Of a stretch of DNA of 64,000 nucleotides, positions 1 to 11,443 are shown piece after piece (position 1 is the stretch's first letter; each line of letters starts with the position of its first letter). The notes beneath the pieces were generated by a model. That model made no database searches. It saw only the letters and a program-made list of their open reading frames with translations, and was not told the DNA's origin. The stretch comes from Candidatus Bathyarchaeia archaeon. GTDB lineage: Archaea; Thermoproteota; Bathyarchaeia; Bathyarchaeales; Bathycorpusculaceae. The stretch spans positions 192,001-256,000 of the forward strand of contig JBEKOM010000001.1 of assembly GCA_049521795.1 (NCBI GenBank). The letters are read 5' to 3'. Position numbers and translations under genes: made by a program.

Positions 1-637
1 AGTGTATGCCCTCGCCAGCTTTGCGGACTCTGATTCCCGAGACACTCCGGATTTCTGGAAATTGCTTCGCGACATGCGTAATGTATGATTCCAGCTCGGT
101 TTCGACCCCTGCCAACTCTCTTGAGATGCGGTCTGATGCCGATTCGATGTGAACTGTTACTTCTGATATTTCCGGCTTCGTTATCCGTATCTTGCCCTCG
201 ACTTGTTCAGCAACATCGTGCGCCTCTTTCACTGTCATGTTCGCGCTTACCTCCAGATGAAGGTCGACGTACAGTTTTCCGTCAATTCTTTGAATGTGAA
301 TGTTGTGAACTCCCCTTGAACCCGGTGCATCTTCCGCCGCATCCTTCACGGCCTTCCAGACACCATTTTGGCCTGGTCCAATAGGTTCCGTGTCGACTGA
401 AACCCGCGCATTGGGATACTCGTTTCTCACAACTCTTTCGATGTCAAGAGCAACCCCGTGCATATCCTCGCTTTTGAGGTCATTATCCAAGAACGCGTGA
501 ACATCCACGTCAAGTCTTTTCCCACTTATTCGAACATCGAGGTGGCGAATCCCTCTGACCCGGTTTATAGCTTCAACTTTCTTTCGAATAACTTTGGCAA
601 TCTCTTCCTTAGATCGCTCAACCAGTGGAAGGGGCAA
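1..637 (-). CDS. Soluble protein of tandem cation-efflux C-terminal (ZT_dimer-like) domains, runs off the window edge
   Basis: Not in the ORF track. Manual translation from TTG 637 (GTGAGG RBS at 645-650): MPLPLVERSKEE...VHNIHIQRIDGKLYVDLHLEVSANMTVKEAHDVAEQVEGKI...VTVHIES. At least three repeats, no TM segment in the visible part. Confidence 0.75.
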   Translation of the reverse strand, partial: MPLPLVERSKEEIAKVIRKKVEAINRVRGIRHLDVRISGKRLDVDVHAFLDNDLKSEDMHGVALDIERVVRNEYPNARVSVDTEPIGPGQNGVWKAVKDAAEDAPGSRGVHNIHIQRIDGKLYVDLHLEVSANMTVKEAHDVAEQVEGKIRITKPEISEVTVHIESASDRISRELAGVETELESYITHVAKQFPEIRSVSGIRVRKAGEGIH

Positions 638-804
638 AGTTGAACCTCACTAGGATTCTTAGACTCTGAAATATATAGCTGTTCACAGCGGGCGGCCCTT
701 CAGACTACGCGATGGTTTGCGTTTCCGGCTCAACGCCGTTTCCACATGCAAGTGAAGATGTCTCGAGGGAATTCTTGCTTAGCGCTCCCGTTCGCTTTAA
801 GGTT

Positions 805-1182
805 CTAGAAGAGTTCGATCCAGATTCCGTCTGGGTCTTCTATGTAGGCCCATCGGCTACCGTCTGCTTTGATTTCTAGGATAGTCTTATACCCTGCTCT
901 TTTCGCTTCTTCCAAGGCCTTGTCTAGATTGTCCACGTTGAAGGCAAGATGGTCTAACCCTTCTCCCACAACGTATTTCGCGTTAAACGGGCTGTCTTTT
1001 TCGTAGTAGTTGAGTTCCAGGGTAAAACCGTCTTTCTCGCTTTCGAGGCCGACGGTTTCGCCTTTGGTTTGGTCAATCTTGCCCCGACCTTTAACCTTCA
1101 TGCCAAGCACTTTCGTGTAAAAATCAATGGACATTTCCAGATTCGTTACTCTTATTCCGGCGTATGTGAATTTGGACTTCAT
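805..1182 (-). CDS. VOC/glyoxalase family protein
   Basis: IRVTNLEMSIDFY, LELNY, GLDHLAF, DPDGIWIEL motifs. Confidence 0.9.
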   Translation of the reverse strand: MKSKFTYAGIRVTNLEMSIDFYTKVLGMKVKGRGKIDQTKGETVGLESEKDGFTLELNYYEKDSPFNAKYVVGEGLDHLAFNVDNLDKALEEAKRAGYKTILEIKADGSRWAYIEDPDGIWIELF

Positions 1183-1376
1183 AGGGATCGCTTATTCGTG
1201 TGGCAGAGCTTTCATATATCATTACCTGATAGGCTCAATCACGACTTTCACAACCAATGACATCTGCCAAACAGCTGGAACTAAGGGGTTTTTGACATGG
1301 TATTTTTGCCTTGACACACAGCTAATTAACCAGTGCGCTGACTTTGATGCGGACAAGAAACCCTTGGAGGTAAGGA

Positions 1377-1796
1377 ATGGCACTGAGCGCCTTTGACGAC
1401 AAGTCGAGACAGCCACGGGATCGTGATTTAGCGGCAACGCTTGGGAGTACGTTCGTCTTTTGGAGCGAGTTGAAAAGCCTCATGGCTTCGAGGTTTGCCC
1501 CTCTGTCGATAGAATGGGGATTCGCAAGTAAAAAAACGGGGTGGGGATTACGGCTCAAGCGAGAGAAGCGAACCATTCTCTACATGACACCCTGCAAAGG
1601 TTACTTCGTTGCCTCCTTCGCCTTAGGTGAGAAGGCCGTGAAGGCAGCACGTGAGAGCGATTTGCCTGTTTCGGTTCTGGAGATCATCGACAACGCAAAG
1701 AAGTACGCTGAGGGCAGAGGTGTGAGACTTGCAGTCAGAAGCGCCGAGGATGTTCGCAACGTTGAAAAGCTTGCGGTCATCAAAATGGCGAACTAA
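1377..1796 (+). CDS. DUF3788-like protein
   Basis: EW..GW.LRLK..KRTILY and YAEGRG pattern. Confidence 0.7.
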   Translation: MALSAFDDKSRQPRDRDLAATLGSTFVFWSELKSLMASRFAPLSIEWGFASKKTGWGLRLKREKRTILYMTPCKGYFVASFALGEKAVKAARESDLPVSVLEIIDNAKKYAEGRGVRLAVRSAEDVRNVEKLAVIKMAN

Positions 1797-1889
1797 CCTT
1801 AGCTTCAACGGACATCACACGTTTGGTCATGAGAGCGCGATAGCGCGCGATGAAACCATATTATCAATAGTTGAAGAATAGCGAATTGA

Positions 1890-2267
1890 ATGAAAGGTAG
1901 GTCGATAACTTCGAAACCGGAACATTACAGAGTAATGAGAGCGTACAAATCTCCGTATCCTGATCCGATAATTTTCCGAAAAGGAGAAAAAGTCACAGTT
2001 GGTCAAGAATTCAAGGGAGATCCTGATTGGATAAATTGGGTTTGGTGCGAAGGAAACAGCAAGAAGGCTTGGGTTCCAAGGCAATATATCACTATCGATG
2101 GCGCGAATGGAGTGTTCAAGAAAGACTACAATGCCATGGAGTTAAGTGTCAAGGTTGGAGAAGAATTGGTTGTTCATGAAGTTGTCAATGGCTTTGGAAT
2201 GGCAGAAAAACTAGACGGAACAAAAGGCTGGGTGCCAATGAGAAATCTGGAGATTGAGGAACAGTAG
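1890..2267 (+). CDS. Tandem SH3-domain protein
   Basis: Two SH3-like units: AYKSPYPDPI.F.KGE...WVWC...WVP and DYNAMELSV.VGE...GWVP. Confidence 0.75.
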   Translation: MKGRSITSKPEHYRVMRAYKSPYPDPIIFRKGEKVTVGQEFKGDPDWINWVWCEGNSKKAWVPRQYITIDGANGVFKKDYNAMELSVKVGEELVVHEVVNGFGMAEKLDGTKGWVPMRNLEIEEQ

Positions 2268-2503
2268 GCATCCTAGCACACGCTATTTCATGAGAAATGG
2301 TTGAGCAGTACTTGAAAAACGCTAAGAAGTGTCAATTGTAGCAAATTGAAAGGCGTGCGCTGTCTGGTTAATCAACTGATCAATTAATGCCGTTCTTAGC
2401 GAAATATCAGGTATATTGTGAAAACCCAGAACTGAAAAATTGTACTCCGGCAATCTCCTTTTCGTCTCTGGCCAGTGCAGGAGCCAGCGTTGCGCGTGCT
2501 TGG

Positions 2504-3430
2504 TCATTCTTTTGTCAGCGCCTTTGCTGGAATGAGCAGCAGGTTTTGCGCGATGAGGTTTGCAATTAGTGGTGGGAGTATCTGCGGGCCAAATGCCGTA
2601 AGGCCCACAACTAGGGAGAGGGCTGCGTTTTTCACTGTCGTCGCGATCTCAATTGATACTGCTTTCTTGTGGCCGAAGCTCCTAGTGAGAAAATGGGTTA
2701 ACGTCCAAGCAAGCGCAAGGATTCCAAGCATGAAAGCGTTCAAGAGTACAAACTCAGCAACGTTATCTCTTACGTACTCTACTCCTGGCGCTACGGACCC
2801 CCAAACTAAGAGAGCGAGTATGCACAGTTCCGCTTTAGAGCTGAAATGGTCGACTCTGTTCCAGTCAAGGTGGACAAATCTCCTCACTAGGAAGGAGGCG
2901 ATCAATGGAACCAGGATTATTTCTGCCAGATTCAACATCATGCTTGCAACGTCAATGTTGACGAATGTGCCGATAGCAATCAGCATTGTTGCAGGCACCG
3001 TGATTATCGAAAGCAGGTTTGTGGTTATGCTCATGACTAGGGCGGTGGCGACGTCTCCTTTGAAAGCCTTGGCCCAGAAAGCAGAAACGATCGCAGATGG
3101 GCAGCAGAGTGCGAGGATGATCCCGGCGAAAACGATGGATGAGGTAAAGGGTTTTGCGGAAAGCGCCAGCAGAGGCATTAGGACGAACACTGCGAACAAG
3201 CCCGTAACTATGACTGGATAATTCCTCATTGCATGTGCGATTTCGTTCGGTTCTATGCTTAGCGTGACGAAGAACATCAAAAACATCAGCAAGACAGACA
3301 GGTACGGTTTCCAAATCACTCCGATCTGCGGAAGAGAGAAGCCCAACGCTATGCTTAGAACTATAATTGACAGCGCCGAGTATCTGCTGATGAGAGCGCT
3401 CATGTGATTGAGGCTTCCAAGAGAGGTCAA
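2504..3430 (-). CDS. Bile acid:sodium symporter family transporter
   Basis: About 9-10 TM segments, CCPSA, KGDVA.A, SIE...KNAAL motifs. Confidence 0.85.
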   Translation of the reverse strand: MTSLGSLNHMSALISRYSALSIIVLSIALGFSLPQIGVIWKPYLSVLLMFLMFFVTLSIEPNEIAHAMRNYPVIVTGLFAVFVLMPLLALSAKPFTSSIVFAGIILALCCPSAIVSAFWAKAFKGDVATALVMSITTNLLSIITVPATMLIAIGTFVNIDVASMMLNLAEIILVPLIASFLVRRFVHLDWNRVDHFSSKAELCILALLVWGSVAPGVEYVRDNVAEFVLLNAFMLGILALAWTLTHFLTRSFGHKKAVSIEIATTVKNAALSLVVGLTAFGPQILPPLIANLIAQNLLLIPAKALTKE

Positions 3431-3596
3431 TATAGCCTTCTCAGAGGTAATTAAAGTTTAATAGCTGAACATTTTCAATCAAGAGCTAATAATGTGCGGT
3501 GAGAAGGGAGATGGGTTAGAGTGCCTCAGCATATCCGAGTGATATCTCGTATTTCATTAAATTCACCATCGTGTATAGTCTCGGGGAGGCCTTACT

Positions 3597-4997
3597 GTGG
3601 ATAAGAACTCTTCTGACCAGGCAAAGGAACTGTCAGTCAAGGCAGTTGAGGCGATAGGAAAAGACGTTGAATACGCGGACGTACTCTGTGAAAAAGCTGA
3701 AGGTGTCTCTGTGGCTAAAGATAATGCTGAGGAACGCGTTTCGACGCCTGCGGCTTTTCAGGGCGTTGTCCTCAGAGCTTACAAACTGGGACAATGGAGA
3801 GAGACAAGCACTTACGATCTTTCTGCAGCAAACGTGGTGAAAATGGCGAGGAAACTTGCCCGGTTCGAACCGCTGTCTAGGAATTCCGTCAAACTGCAGG
3901 AACTCAGGCCTTGGAAACTGGATGAAGAGTTGAACGTAAAGATCAGCCCTTCTGAAGTGGATGTTGAAGAGAAGCTCAAGCACGTTCGAAGGCTTCACTG
4001 TGAGGTCGTGAGCCACGACAAGAGGGTCGTTAACGCAAGAGTCCACTACTCGGACACCGTGTTGGAGAGGGTTTTTGCAAACACCGAAGGCAGCTTGTTG
4101 CGGCAGGTCGTTCCGCGGATATCTCTTCAAATCTTACCGATCGTCAGAGAATCGGGCAAGATGGATTATGATTATCTGTCCTGTGGAGGAACTGCGGGGT
4201 TTGAAACTGTGAAGGACTTGGAAGAAAAGTCTGTGAAGGAAACTGTGGACAGTTCGATCAGCCTCTTGAAGGCTTCCGCTCCGCCCTCAGGACATTTCAA
4301 GGTGATTCTTGACCCAGGGATGACGGGGACGTTTGCGCACGAATCCTTTGGACATGGTTGTGAAGCTGATCAAATTGTTAGGAAAAGGTCGTATCTGGTG
4401 CCGTATTTTGGTAAGCGCCTCGGATTCGAGAAACTGAACATCTGTGATGATGGAACGCTTCCGGGCGGAAACGGCTCCTTCCTTTTTGACGATGAAGGGG
4501 TGAGAAGCAAGAAGAACTACATCTTGAAGAGCGGCATTCTCAAGGGTTTTCTGCACGAGAGATACTCAGCATCGTTGATGAAGGCTGAGCCAACGGGGAA
4601 CGGAAGAAGAGAAAGCTTTCTCCGCAAACTCTTTGTTCGCATGACTAACACGTACGTTGAGCCAGGCGACTACAGCCTTGACGAGATGGTAGAAGAGATC
4701 GACCACGGCGTTATGTTCGCGCACTCTTTTTCAGGAATGGAGGACCCGCTTGCAGGCGGAATGGAGCTGAAGTCCAAAAAAGGCTACGTGATAGAAAAAG
4801 GAAGAGTGAGCAGAGTTCTTTCAATGCTTACGCTGACCGAAAACGTTCCTGATTTCATCGCGTCAATAGACGCCGTAGGAAAGAAGGAACAGTTTGACAT
4901 GGAGCAGGGAACCTGCGGCAAAGGTTACGAAGATATGGTACCGGTCGGAGACGGCGGCGTTTACATCAGAGCCGAAGCAGTGGTGGGCCAAGGATGA
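3597..4997 (+). CDS. tldD: TldD metalloprotease subunit
   Basis: HESFGHGCEAD, DDEG, TGNGRR, RMTNT, CGK motifs. Confidence 0.9.
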   Translation: MDKNSSDQAKELSVKAVEAIGKDVEYADVLCEKAEGVSVAKDNAEERVSTPAAFQGVVLRAYKLGQWRETSTYDLSAANVVKMARKLARFEPLSRNSVKLQELRPWKLDEELNVKISPSEVDVEEKLKHVRRLHCEVVSHDKRVVNARVHYSDTVLERVFANTEGSLLRQVVPRISLQILPIVRESGKMDYDYLSCGGTAGFETVKDLEEKSVKETVDSSISLLKASAPPSGHFKVILDPGMTGTFAHESFGHGCEADQIVRKRSYLVPYFGKRLGFEKLNICDDGTLPGGNGSFLFDDEGVRSKKNYILKSGILKGFLHERYSASLMKAEPTGNGRRESFLRKLFVRMTNTYVEPGDYSLDEMVEEIDHGVMFAHSFSGMEDPLAGGMELKSKKGYVIEKGRVSRVLSMLTLTENVPDFIASIDAVGKKEQFDMEQGTCGKGYEDMVPVGDGGVYIRAEAVVGQG

Positions 4998-6391
4998 GCG
5001 AAATCAACTCGATCCAGAAAATTCTGAGAGAAGAACGCATAGACCAATGGGACATCTACGTTGAAACCGCCGAAGAATACGATGTTCAACTCCGCAACTT
5101 CGACGTCGAAACTGTAAGGGGTCCGATAACAAACTCGGGCTACGCTGTCAGAGTAATAAAACCAAAGGGCAAGAAAGTCGGAATCGGTATCGGAAGTGGA
5201 AATTCCCTGCGACCCGCGCACATAAAGAGATGTCTAGAGACTGCTTCCATCGGAGCCAGAATCACTGAATACCCAGGTTACACACTGCCAAAACCTGCAA
5301 AGTATCCGACAGCGAAGGTCGCTGATCCCAGGATTACTGCAGACGCCGAGACAGTCGTCAAAGACAAGACTGAGGAGCTGATTTCACTCCTAAGAAAGTC
5401 AAAAACGGTTCTGCCAACGTTCGGGAAGGTTCGAACCTACAACGTGTCAACCGTGATCCGCAACAGCGAGGGAGTGCACGCGGAGAAAAGAGAAACCTTC
5501 TTCTACATCGAGCTAGCGCTGAAAGCGGAACACGAAGGAAAGCTTGCAGAATATTGGCCAATGCATATTGTCAGAAAAGCGGACGACTTGCACCTGAGCG
5601 AGGAGATTCCAAAATGGGTGAAGCTTGCTGAAGACGCCCTGAAGGCGAAGGTTCCAAAAACCTTGAAGACAGCAGTTATCTTTCATCCTCAAATCCTCGG
5701 AAACATACTCCCTAGCACCGTGGGCTTTCACTGTCTCGGATCCTCCGTTTTCAGAGGAATCTCCAGGTTCAAAAAAGGAGAACAAGTAGGCTCTAAGGAA
5801 CTCACCGTCCACGATGATGGAGTCTTCGATTACGCCCTTGGGTCCTCGAACTTCGACGACGAGGGAACACCCCAATCAAGAACGACCCTCATCGAAAAGG
5901 GAATACACAACAGTTTTCTCTACGACGCAATGTATGCGGCCGTTTTTAACGTTAACTCAACTGGGAACGGCCAAAAGCTCCCAGCGTTTTCACTTGCATT
6001 CACAAGAGTTGACCTCAAGTACGCAATGCTACCTTCTGTGCAGCCGACGAATATTCGCGTCGAACCCGGAGACATGAGTTTAGACGAGATGATCGAAACG
6101 ACGAAGGAAGGGATCTACCTGGAACAACTGTCCAGTGGTGGTTCCGATTCTGTCACCACCTCTTTCGGTTCGGAGATTAGAAACGCGTACCTCATCAAGA
6201 AAGGAGAACTCGCAACACCGCTGAAAGGCGGCCAGATCAACGGATTCCTCCTCGACAGCCAAGACACGAAAGGTCACAAAACAAGCGGTCTGTTCAATCA
6301 AATCTCCGGCATCTCCGACAAAGCCCAAATCTCCGGCAGATGCATAACACCTCACATCAGATTTGAAGATGTCCAAATAGCCGGCAAATAG
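4994..6391 (+). CDS. pmbA: PmbA/TldE partner subunit
   Basis: FDDEG and STGN motifs, no HExxxH, ATGA overlap with tldD. Confidence 0.85.
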   Translation: MSEINSIQKILREERIDQWDIYVETAEEYDVQLRNFDVETVRGPITNSGYAVRVIKPKGKKVGIGIGSGNSLRPAHIKRCLETASIGARITEYPGYTLPKPAKYPTAKVADPRITADAETVVKDKTEELISLLRKSKTVLPTFGKVRTYNVSTVIRNSEGVHAEKRETFFYIELALKAEHEGKLAEYWPMHIVRKADDLHLSEEIPKWVKLAEDALKAKVPKTLKTAVIFHPQILGNILPSTVGFHCLGSSVFRGISRFKKGEQVGSKELTVHDDGVFDYALGSSNFDDEGTPQSRTTLIEKGIHNSFLYDAMYAAVFNVNSTGNGQKLPAFSLAFTRVDLKYAMLPSVQPTNIRVEPGDMSLDEMIETTKEGIYLEQLSSGGSDSVTTSFGSEIRNAYLIKKGELATPLKGGQINGFLLDSQDTKGHKTSGLFNQISGISDKAQISGRCITPHIRFEDVQIAGK

Positions 6392-6614
6392 CCAATCCTT
6401 ATCAACCGGTGAGAATTGGCCGCCATGTGGACGCTTCTCCCGCAATTCATCTATCGTCCCCGTTTCAGCAAAGCCTAGTGAGGCGCTCTGGGGAAAGGTA
6501 CGAAACGGTGCAGTAGTGTTCTTAGGTGACTGCGCAGCTGAGCATTGTCACGGTAGCTATTTATTTTGGGCCTCTGCTTGTTCAGCTTCTGCTCAATGGA
6601 ATTGGGTGGGTCGT

Positions 6615-7613
6615 GTGAAAAAGCTGCACATTTTACCGCATAGAGTGTGCGAATCCACGTGCTATGTTAACGGGTTGGAAGATCTCGTTTCCTGGAGGGG
6701 AGCGCACTATGCTGATTTCTTGCTTTCTGTTGTTGGTGGTATGGCGGGTTTTACGTATCTTCGCTTCAAGAGGGCTGACCCGCCCTGCCTGGTGTTTTGG
6801 GGTGCCAACCCCAGATACTTGATGAAAGATCTCGCCAGAATTATTGGCTTCGAGGAGACTGTCATCGAAGGGAAGACGTTCAGGAACACGTTTACGAAGC
6901 TGAAGGAGTTCATTGACGGTGGGCAGCCCGTTGTGGTCGGAGCTCTTGACATGTACTATCTGCATTATTACCCAGATCTGTACAAGAAGCTACACGTTCC
7001 TATTCATTATGTTCTCGTCGTTGGATACGATGATGAGGAACGCGTCGTCTTCGTGCATGATTGTAGCCGTGAAGGTGTCCAGCGGGTACCATACGATGAG
7101 TTTGAGACGTCTTTGGACGTCAATGTTCCTGGGATGAGTAAGAGAAACACGATAAGGAAGTTTGACTTGCCTGAAAGATTGCCGTCTGAGTTCGAAGTTG
7201 CCGAGAAGGGTTTCTGCTACAAGGCTGAACGGTTCTTGAACCCACCTGTGAAGCTGTTTGGCATTCCTGCAATGCGCAAGCTTGCCGATGAGATTCTTGA
7301 ATGGGATAACAAGAAGTGCTTTGAGCATATGGCCACTTATGCGACAACCCCTCCGATGCTGCCTAAGACTTTCGAAAACAGTCATGGAATGCGGTTCTGG
7401 CAAGTAGACGTGCTCAACGTTCTAGGAGCCAAGTACAGCGTAGACGTTTGGACTGAGGCATCGGCTCTCTTCAGACGATCCGGACAGAAGATTCAAAAAC
7501 TTTGTGAGGCAGCTCTGAAGCAGAACAGGCAGGAAGCATCGAACAGTCTGGTGGAAATAGCCGAGATTGAGGAACAAGCATACAGACTGCTCAAAACCGC
7601 TCCTAATGAATAG
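6615..7613 (+). CDS. BtrH N-terminal-domain (papain-like) protein
   Basis: CES...LDMYYL.Y...HYVLVVGYD...HD; probable start GTG 6615 rather than 6516. Confidence 0.7.
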   Translation: MKKLHILPHRVCESTCYVNGLEDLVSWRGAHYADFLLSVVGGMAGFTYLRFKRADPPCLVFWGANPRYLMKDLARIIGFEETVIEGKTFRNTFTKLKEFIDGGQPVVVGALDMYYLHYYPDLYKKLHVPIHYVLVVGYDDEERVVFVHDCSREGVQRVPYDEFETSLDVNVPGMSKRNTIRKFDLPERLPSEFEVAEKGFCYKAERFLNPPVKLFGIPAMRKLADEILEWDNKKCFEHMATYATTPPMLPKTFENSHGMRFWQVDVLNVLGAKYSVDVWTEASALFRRSGQKIQKLCEAALKQNRQEASNSLVEIAEIEEQAYRLLKTAPNE

Positions 7614-7651
7614 GTTACTTTGTCCCCCCGTTCTGAGTACACAGGATAGCG

Positions 7652-9772
7652 TTGACGATGACCACTGGAAACGATTCAACGTCTAACAGGCTGATCTTTG
7701 AGAAGAGCCCTTACCTTTTGCAGCATGCCCACAATCCGGTGGATTGGTATCCTTGGGGTGCTGAAGCCTTTCAAAAGGCCAGCGCAGAAGACAAACCGGT
7801 CTTCTTGTCCATCGGCTACTCAGCATGCCACTGGTGCCACGTGATGGAGAAAGAATCATTTGAAGACCCAGAAGTCGCCAGAATGCTCAACGACACTTTT
7901 GTGTGCATAAAAGTGGACCGCGAAGAAAGACCAGACTTGGACGCTGCCTACATGAAAGTTTGCCAAGCGATCACGGGAACAGGCGGATGGCCTCTGCACA
8001 TAATCATGACCGCGGACAAGAAGCCGTTCTTCGCAGCGACATACATCCCCAAAGAAAACAGGTTCGGGCAGTTCGGAATGAAACAACTTGTACCGCAGAT
8101 CAAGCAACTCTGGGCGACGAAAAGAAACGAACTCATCGACTCTGCAGAGAAGATCACAACGCTTCTCAAAGGCAGAGAAAATGAATCAAGAAGCCTGCAG
8201 CCAACTGAAGAACTCGCTGAATCTACCCTGGACGAAGCATACTTGCACCTTGCAGAGAACTTTGACGAAAGCAACGGCGGCTTCGGGACCGCACCGAAAT
8301 TTCCTTCACCACACAACCTGAGCTTCCTTCTAAGATACTGGAAGCGAACTCGACACGACAAAGCCCTGCAAATCGTTGAGAAAACCCTCGACGCCATGCG
8401 GCGGGGAGGCATCTACGACCACTTAGGCTTTGGCTTTCACCGCTATTCCACAGATGCGAAATGGCTTGTCCCCCACTTTGAGAAAATGCTCTACGACCAA
8501 GCGATGCTCGTTATAGCTTACACTGAAGCTTATCAGGCAACAGGAAAAGAAGATTACAGACAGACAGCTAGCGAAGTAATCGCATACGTCCTGCGTAACC
8601 TGACCGACCCAAGCGGCGGCTTCTATTCGGCTGAAGATGCTGACAGCGAAGGTGAGGAGGGAAAATTCTACGTTTGGACTGAACGAGAAATCAGGCAAGC
8701 GTTGTCTGAAGACGAATCGGAACTCGTCAAAAAGGTCTTCGGCATGGAAGAAGAAGGCAACTTTGTTGAAGCGACAACTGGCAAGAAGACTGGAAAGAAT
8801 GTTCTCTACATGAGAAAACCGCCTGCTGAACTAGCAGTAGACTTGCACTTTTCGCCAGAAAAGCTTCAGAAACTAATCGAAGAGGCCCGGCGGAAGCTTC
8901 TTGCCGTTCGCCAGAAACGCGTTCATCCAAGCAAAGACGACAAGATTCTCACCGACTGGAACGGCTTAATGATCGTGGCTTTGGCAAAGGCTAGCCAGGT
9001 TTTCGACGAGCCCGAATACTCGGCAGCAGCGAGAAAGGCCGCTAACTTCATAATCGGAAACTTATGCGACGCAGAGGGCAAGCTCCTTCACCGTTACCGA
9101 GAAGGAGAAACAAGTATAGACGGTTTCTTGGACGATTATGCTTTCTTTACTTGGGGGCTCATAGAACTTTACGAAGCGGTCTTTGAAACGAAATACCTCC
9201 GGTACGCCATCAACCTTGCAGACAAAATGCTTGCGCACTTCTGGGACAAAGAACGTGGAGGCTTCTACCAGACTGCCGACTATTCGGAGGCAGCTCTTTT
9301 GAGAAGCAAAGGGATCTATGATGGCGCTTATCCATCAGGCAATTCTGCTGCAGCCTTGGATTTGATCTACCTAGCGCGAATGACGGGCGAAACACGGTTT
9401 GAAGAGAAAGCAGCACAGTTAATGCGTACCTTCTCAACGGAGGTGATAAGGGATCCCTCTGCGCATACGCAACTAATGAGCGTTCTTGATTTCGCACTGG
9501 GGCCCTCAAGTGAAGTAGTAGTTGTGGGGGATCCGAAGAAAGACGACACGGCTAGGATGCTGCAAACTCTTCGGAGCAAGTTTCTTCCCAGAAAAGTCGT
9601 GATACTCCGCTCCTCAGCCGAGAAGTCTCAAGAAATAACTGACATTGCCAAATTCACAGAGAGCCTGCACGGTCAAGGAGACAAGGCAACGGCGTTTGTC
9701 TGCCGAAGCCACGTCTGCTACCTCCCAACGATAGATGTTCGCGCCATGCTGGAACTGCTGAATGGGCAATAA
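7652..9772 (+). CDS. Thioredoxin-domain protein, YyaL/SPATA20 family
   Basis: [43 protein letters not shown]. Confidence 0.95.
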   Translation: MTMTTGNDSTSNRLIFEKSPYLLQHAHNPVDWYPWGAEAFQKASAEDKPVFLSIGYSACHWCHVMEKESFEDPEVARMLNDTFVCIKVDREERPDLDAAYMKVCQAITGTGGWPLHIIMTADKKPFFAATYIPKENRFGQFGMKQLVPQIKQLWATKRNELIDSAEKITTLLKGRENESRSLQPTEELAESTLDEAYLHLAENFDESNGGFGTAPKFPSPHNLSFLLRYWKRTRHDKALQIVEKTLDAMRRGGIYDHLGFGFHRYSTDAKWLVPHFEKMLYDQAMLVIAYTEAYQATGKEDYRQTASEVIAYVLRNLTDPSGGFYSAEDADSEGEEGKFYVWTEREIRQALSEDESELVKKVFGMEEEGNFVEATTGKKTGKNVLYMRKPPAELAVDLHFSPEKLQKLIEEARRKLLAVRQKRVHPSKDDKILTDWNGLMIVALAKASQVFDEPEYSAAARKAANFIIGNLCDAEGKLLHRYREGETSIDGFLDDYAFFTWGLIELYEAVFETKYLRYAINLADKMLAHFWDKERGGFYQTADYSEAALLRSKGIYDGAYPSGNSAAALDLIYLARMTGETRFEEKAAQLMRTFSTEVIRDPSAHTQLMSVLDFALGPSSEVVVVGDPKKDDTARMLQTLRSKFLPRKVVILRSSAEKSQEITDIAKFTESLHGQGDKATAFVCRSHVCYLPTIDVRAMLELLNGQ

Positions 9773-9965
9773 CAGGTGCGGCTTATCCGTCTAGAGACTG
9801 GTGCCACAGTTTGGGTGAAGGACAAATCACGTTGCAGGAATACTGACTCGAAAGTAGCTATGGAACGTTGTTTTTTCGAAGTGGGCAGAGAAGTAACTGA
9901 AATCTAAACACTAATGCAACAAAAAAGAGCCCTGTGCATGGGCTCGATATAGAAAATGGCAAATT

Positions 9966-10400
9966 CTAAGGGTAAGGCAGAAGGACAGCGGAGTTCTCGA
10001 CAACCGAGATCTCTGCAGATGATTCTCTTAGTTCTCTCACGCGATTCTCGACGGTTTCATGAATCTTCCCTCGGATGTCATTGCTGTTTGAAGGAGAGAT
10101 CCTTCCTAGTTCCTCGGCAAGTTTGGAGTCGCCGAGAATTTTCTCGACCCAGTTTTGAAAGTCTCTTCTCTGAAGATGGAACATAAGACTCTCTGACTTG
10201 ACGGACTTGACCCTGTCGAGAAAATCAGAGAGGTTTCTTGCAACTTCGCCTGTTGGTTTTCCAACAGCTTCGTAGAAATAGAAGGCTTCTTGAGGCCCTA
10301 CTGTTCTCAGAACTTTTACAGCTTCTGTGAGAACCCGTGGATTCTGCGTGTCCCCGCCTTTTTGCTTCTTCTTGTTTCTTGAAGGCATGGTTTTCTTCAT
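9966..10400 (-). CDS. DUF5752-like small protein
   Basis: AFYFY...G..A.NL.DF...SL.FH..R.DF.NWV...GD..LA pattern. Confidence 0.65.
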   Translation of the reverse strand: MKKTMPSRNKKKQKGGDTQNPRVLTEAVKVLRTVGPQEAFYFYEAVGKPTGEVARNLSDFLDRVKSVKSESLMFHLQRRDFQNWVEKILGDSKLAEELGRISPSNSNDIRGKIHETVENRVRELRESSAEISVVENSAVLLPYP

Positions 10401-10642
10401 TCTTGTTTCACCGTTAAACCTTGCCCGTGACGTGTATCTTGCGACTTAATAAACATTCCCTAACAAGTGTAGAACTCAAACACTCATCCACGTTTCATAC
10501 GCCGATGCGACAGAAAAAAGAACAGTAAGGGCGTAGGTTTTGCCAATCGCAAGAGTTAACTTCACGTTCTCAAGCGGCAAGAGGTTCGACGAAGTAGTTA
10601 GAGGAGTATTTGAACCACTGATCCAGCGCTTCCATTTTAGAA

Positions 10643-11332
10643 TTAGTAATATCTCTTCAACGGGTTTCGCTGATCTGTTGCCAATTTCACTTGTCGCGGA
10701 ACAGATATGCCTGGCCAATCCAGTCTAGCGGTGCTCTTTCTGCTGCTTTCAATACTGATACTGTGCACATGAAGCGCGTAGGCCATTGCACGGTCTTGAG
10801 GGTTCTCGATCTGAAGCATCTGTTTTAAGCTTAGGTGCTCGAAGACTCGACGAATTGGGCGCAGAGAGTTACCGTGACATGAGATTGCCACGTTACCAGG
10901 GTTCTGTCGGAGCCATTCTTCAAGCTGCAATAAGAAGGGCAACGTTCGATTTTCAACCATCTTCAGACTTTCTCCCTCTGGCGGTGGAAAATCGTAGCCC
11001 CTGTGAATTTGAGCAAACCATTCAGGCCTTTCCAGGGCAACCTTTCTCTTGCTCTTGCCCTGAAGCAGGCCGTAGCAACGTTCGATGAGGCGGTCATCCG
11101 TAAAAACAGGAATAGCAGGATGCTTTTCAAGGACTATTTCAAGAGTTTTTCGAGCTCTTTTGAGGTGTGAGGTAAACGCATAGTCAATCCTGTCTCTCCC
11201 AAGCTGCTCTGCAATCTCTCGTGCCTGCGAAAACCCTTTCAAAGTGAGCACTGGGTCGCGCCAGCCCGAGAATATTCCACGGCTATTGTCAGTCGTTTCT
11301 GCATGTCTAAAGACAAACAGATTGCAGATCAT
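10643..11332 (-). CDS. gpmA: Histidine-phosphatase family, probable dPGM phosphoglycerate mutase
   Basis: RHAET..N...FSGW, ERCYG.LQG, PP.GESL, HGNSLR; divergent from pyk. Confidence 0.8.
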   Translation of the reverse strand: MICNLFVFRHAETTDNSRGIFSGWRDPVLTLKGFSQAREIAEQLGRDRIDYAFTSHLKRARKTLEIVLEKHPAIPVFTDDRLIERCYGLLQGKSKRKVALERPEWFAQIHRGYDFPPPEGESLKMVENRTLPFLLQLEEWLRQNPGNVAISCHGNSLRPIRRVFEHLSLKQMLQIENPQDRAMAYALHVHSISIESSRKSTARLDWPGISVPRQVKLATDQRNPLKRYY

Positions 11333-11443
11333 CTGAGGCTTCCTCCATACGAGCTAATACAATCTTCTAAATAGAACTTACCGCTCTTGTTCATTGTGAA
11401 ATTCGCAGCGGTCCCCTTGAACTGGACATGGGAGAATGAGTAA

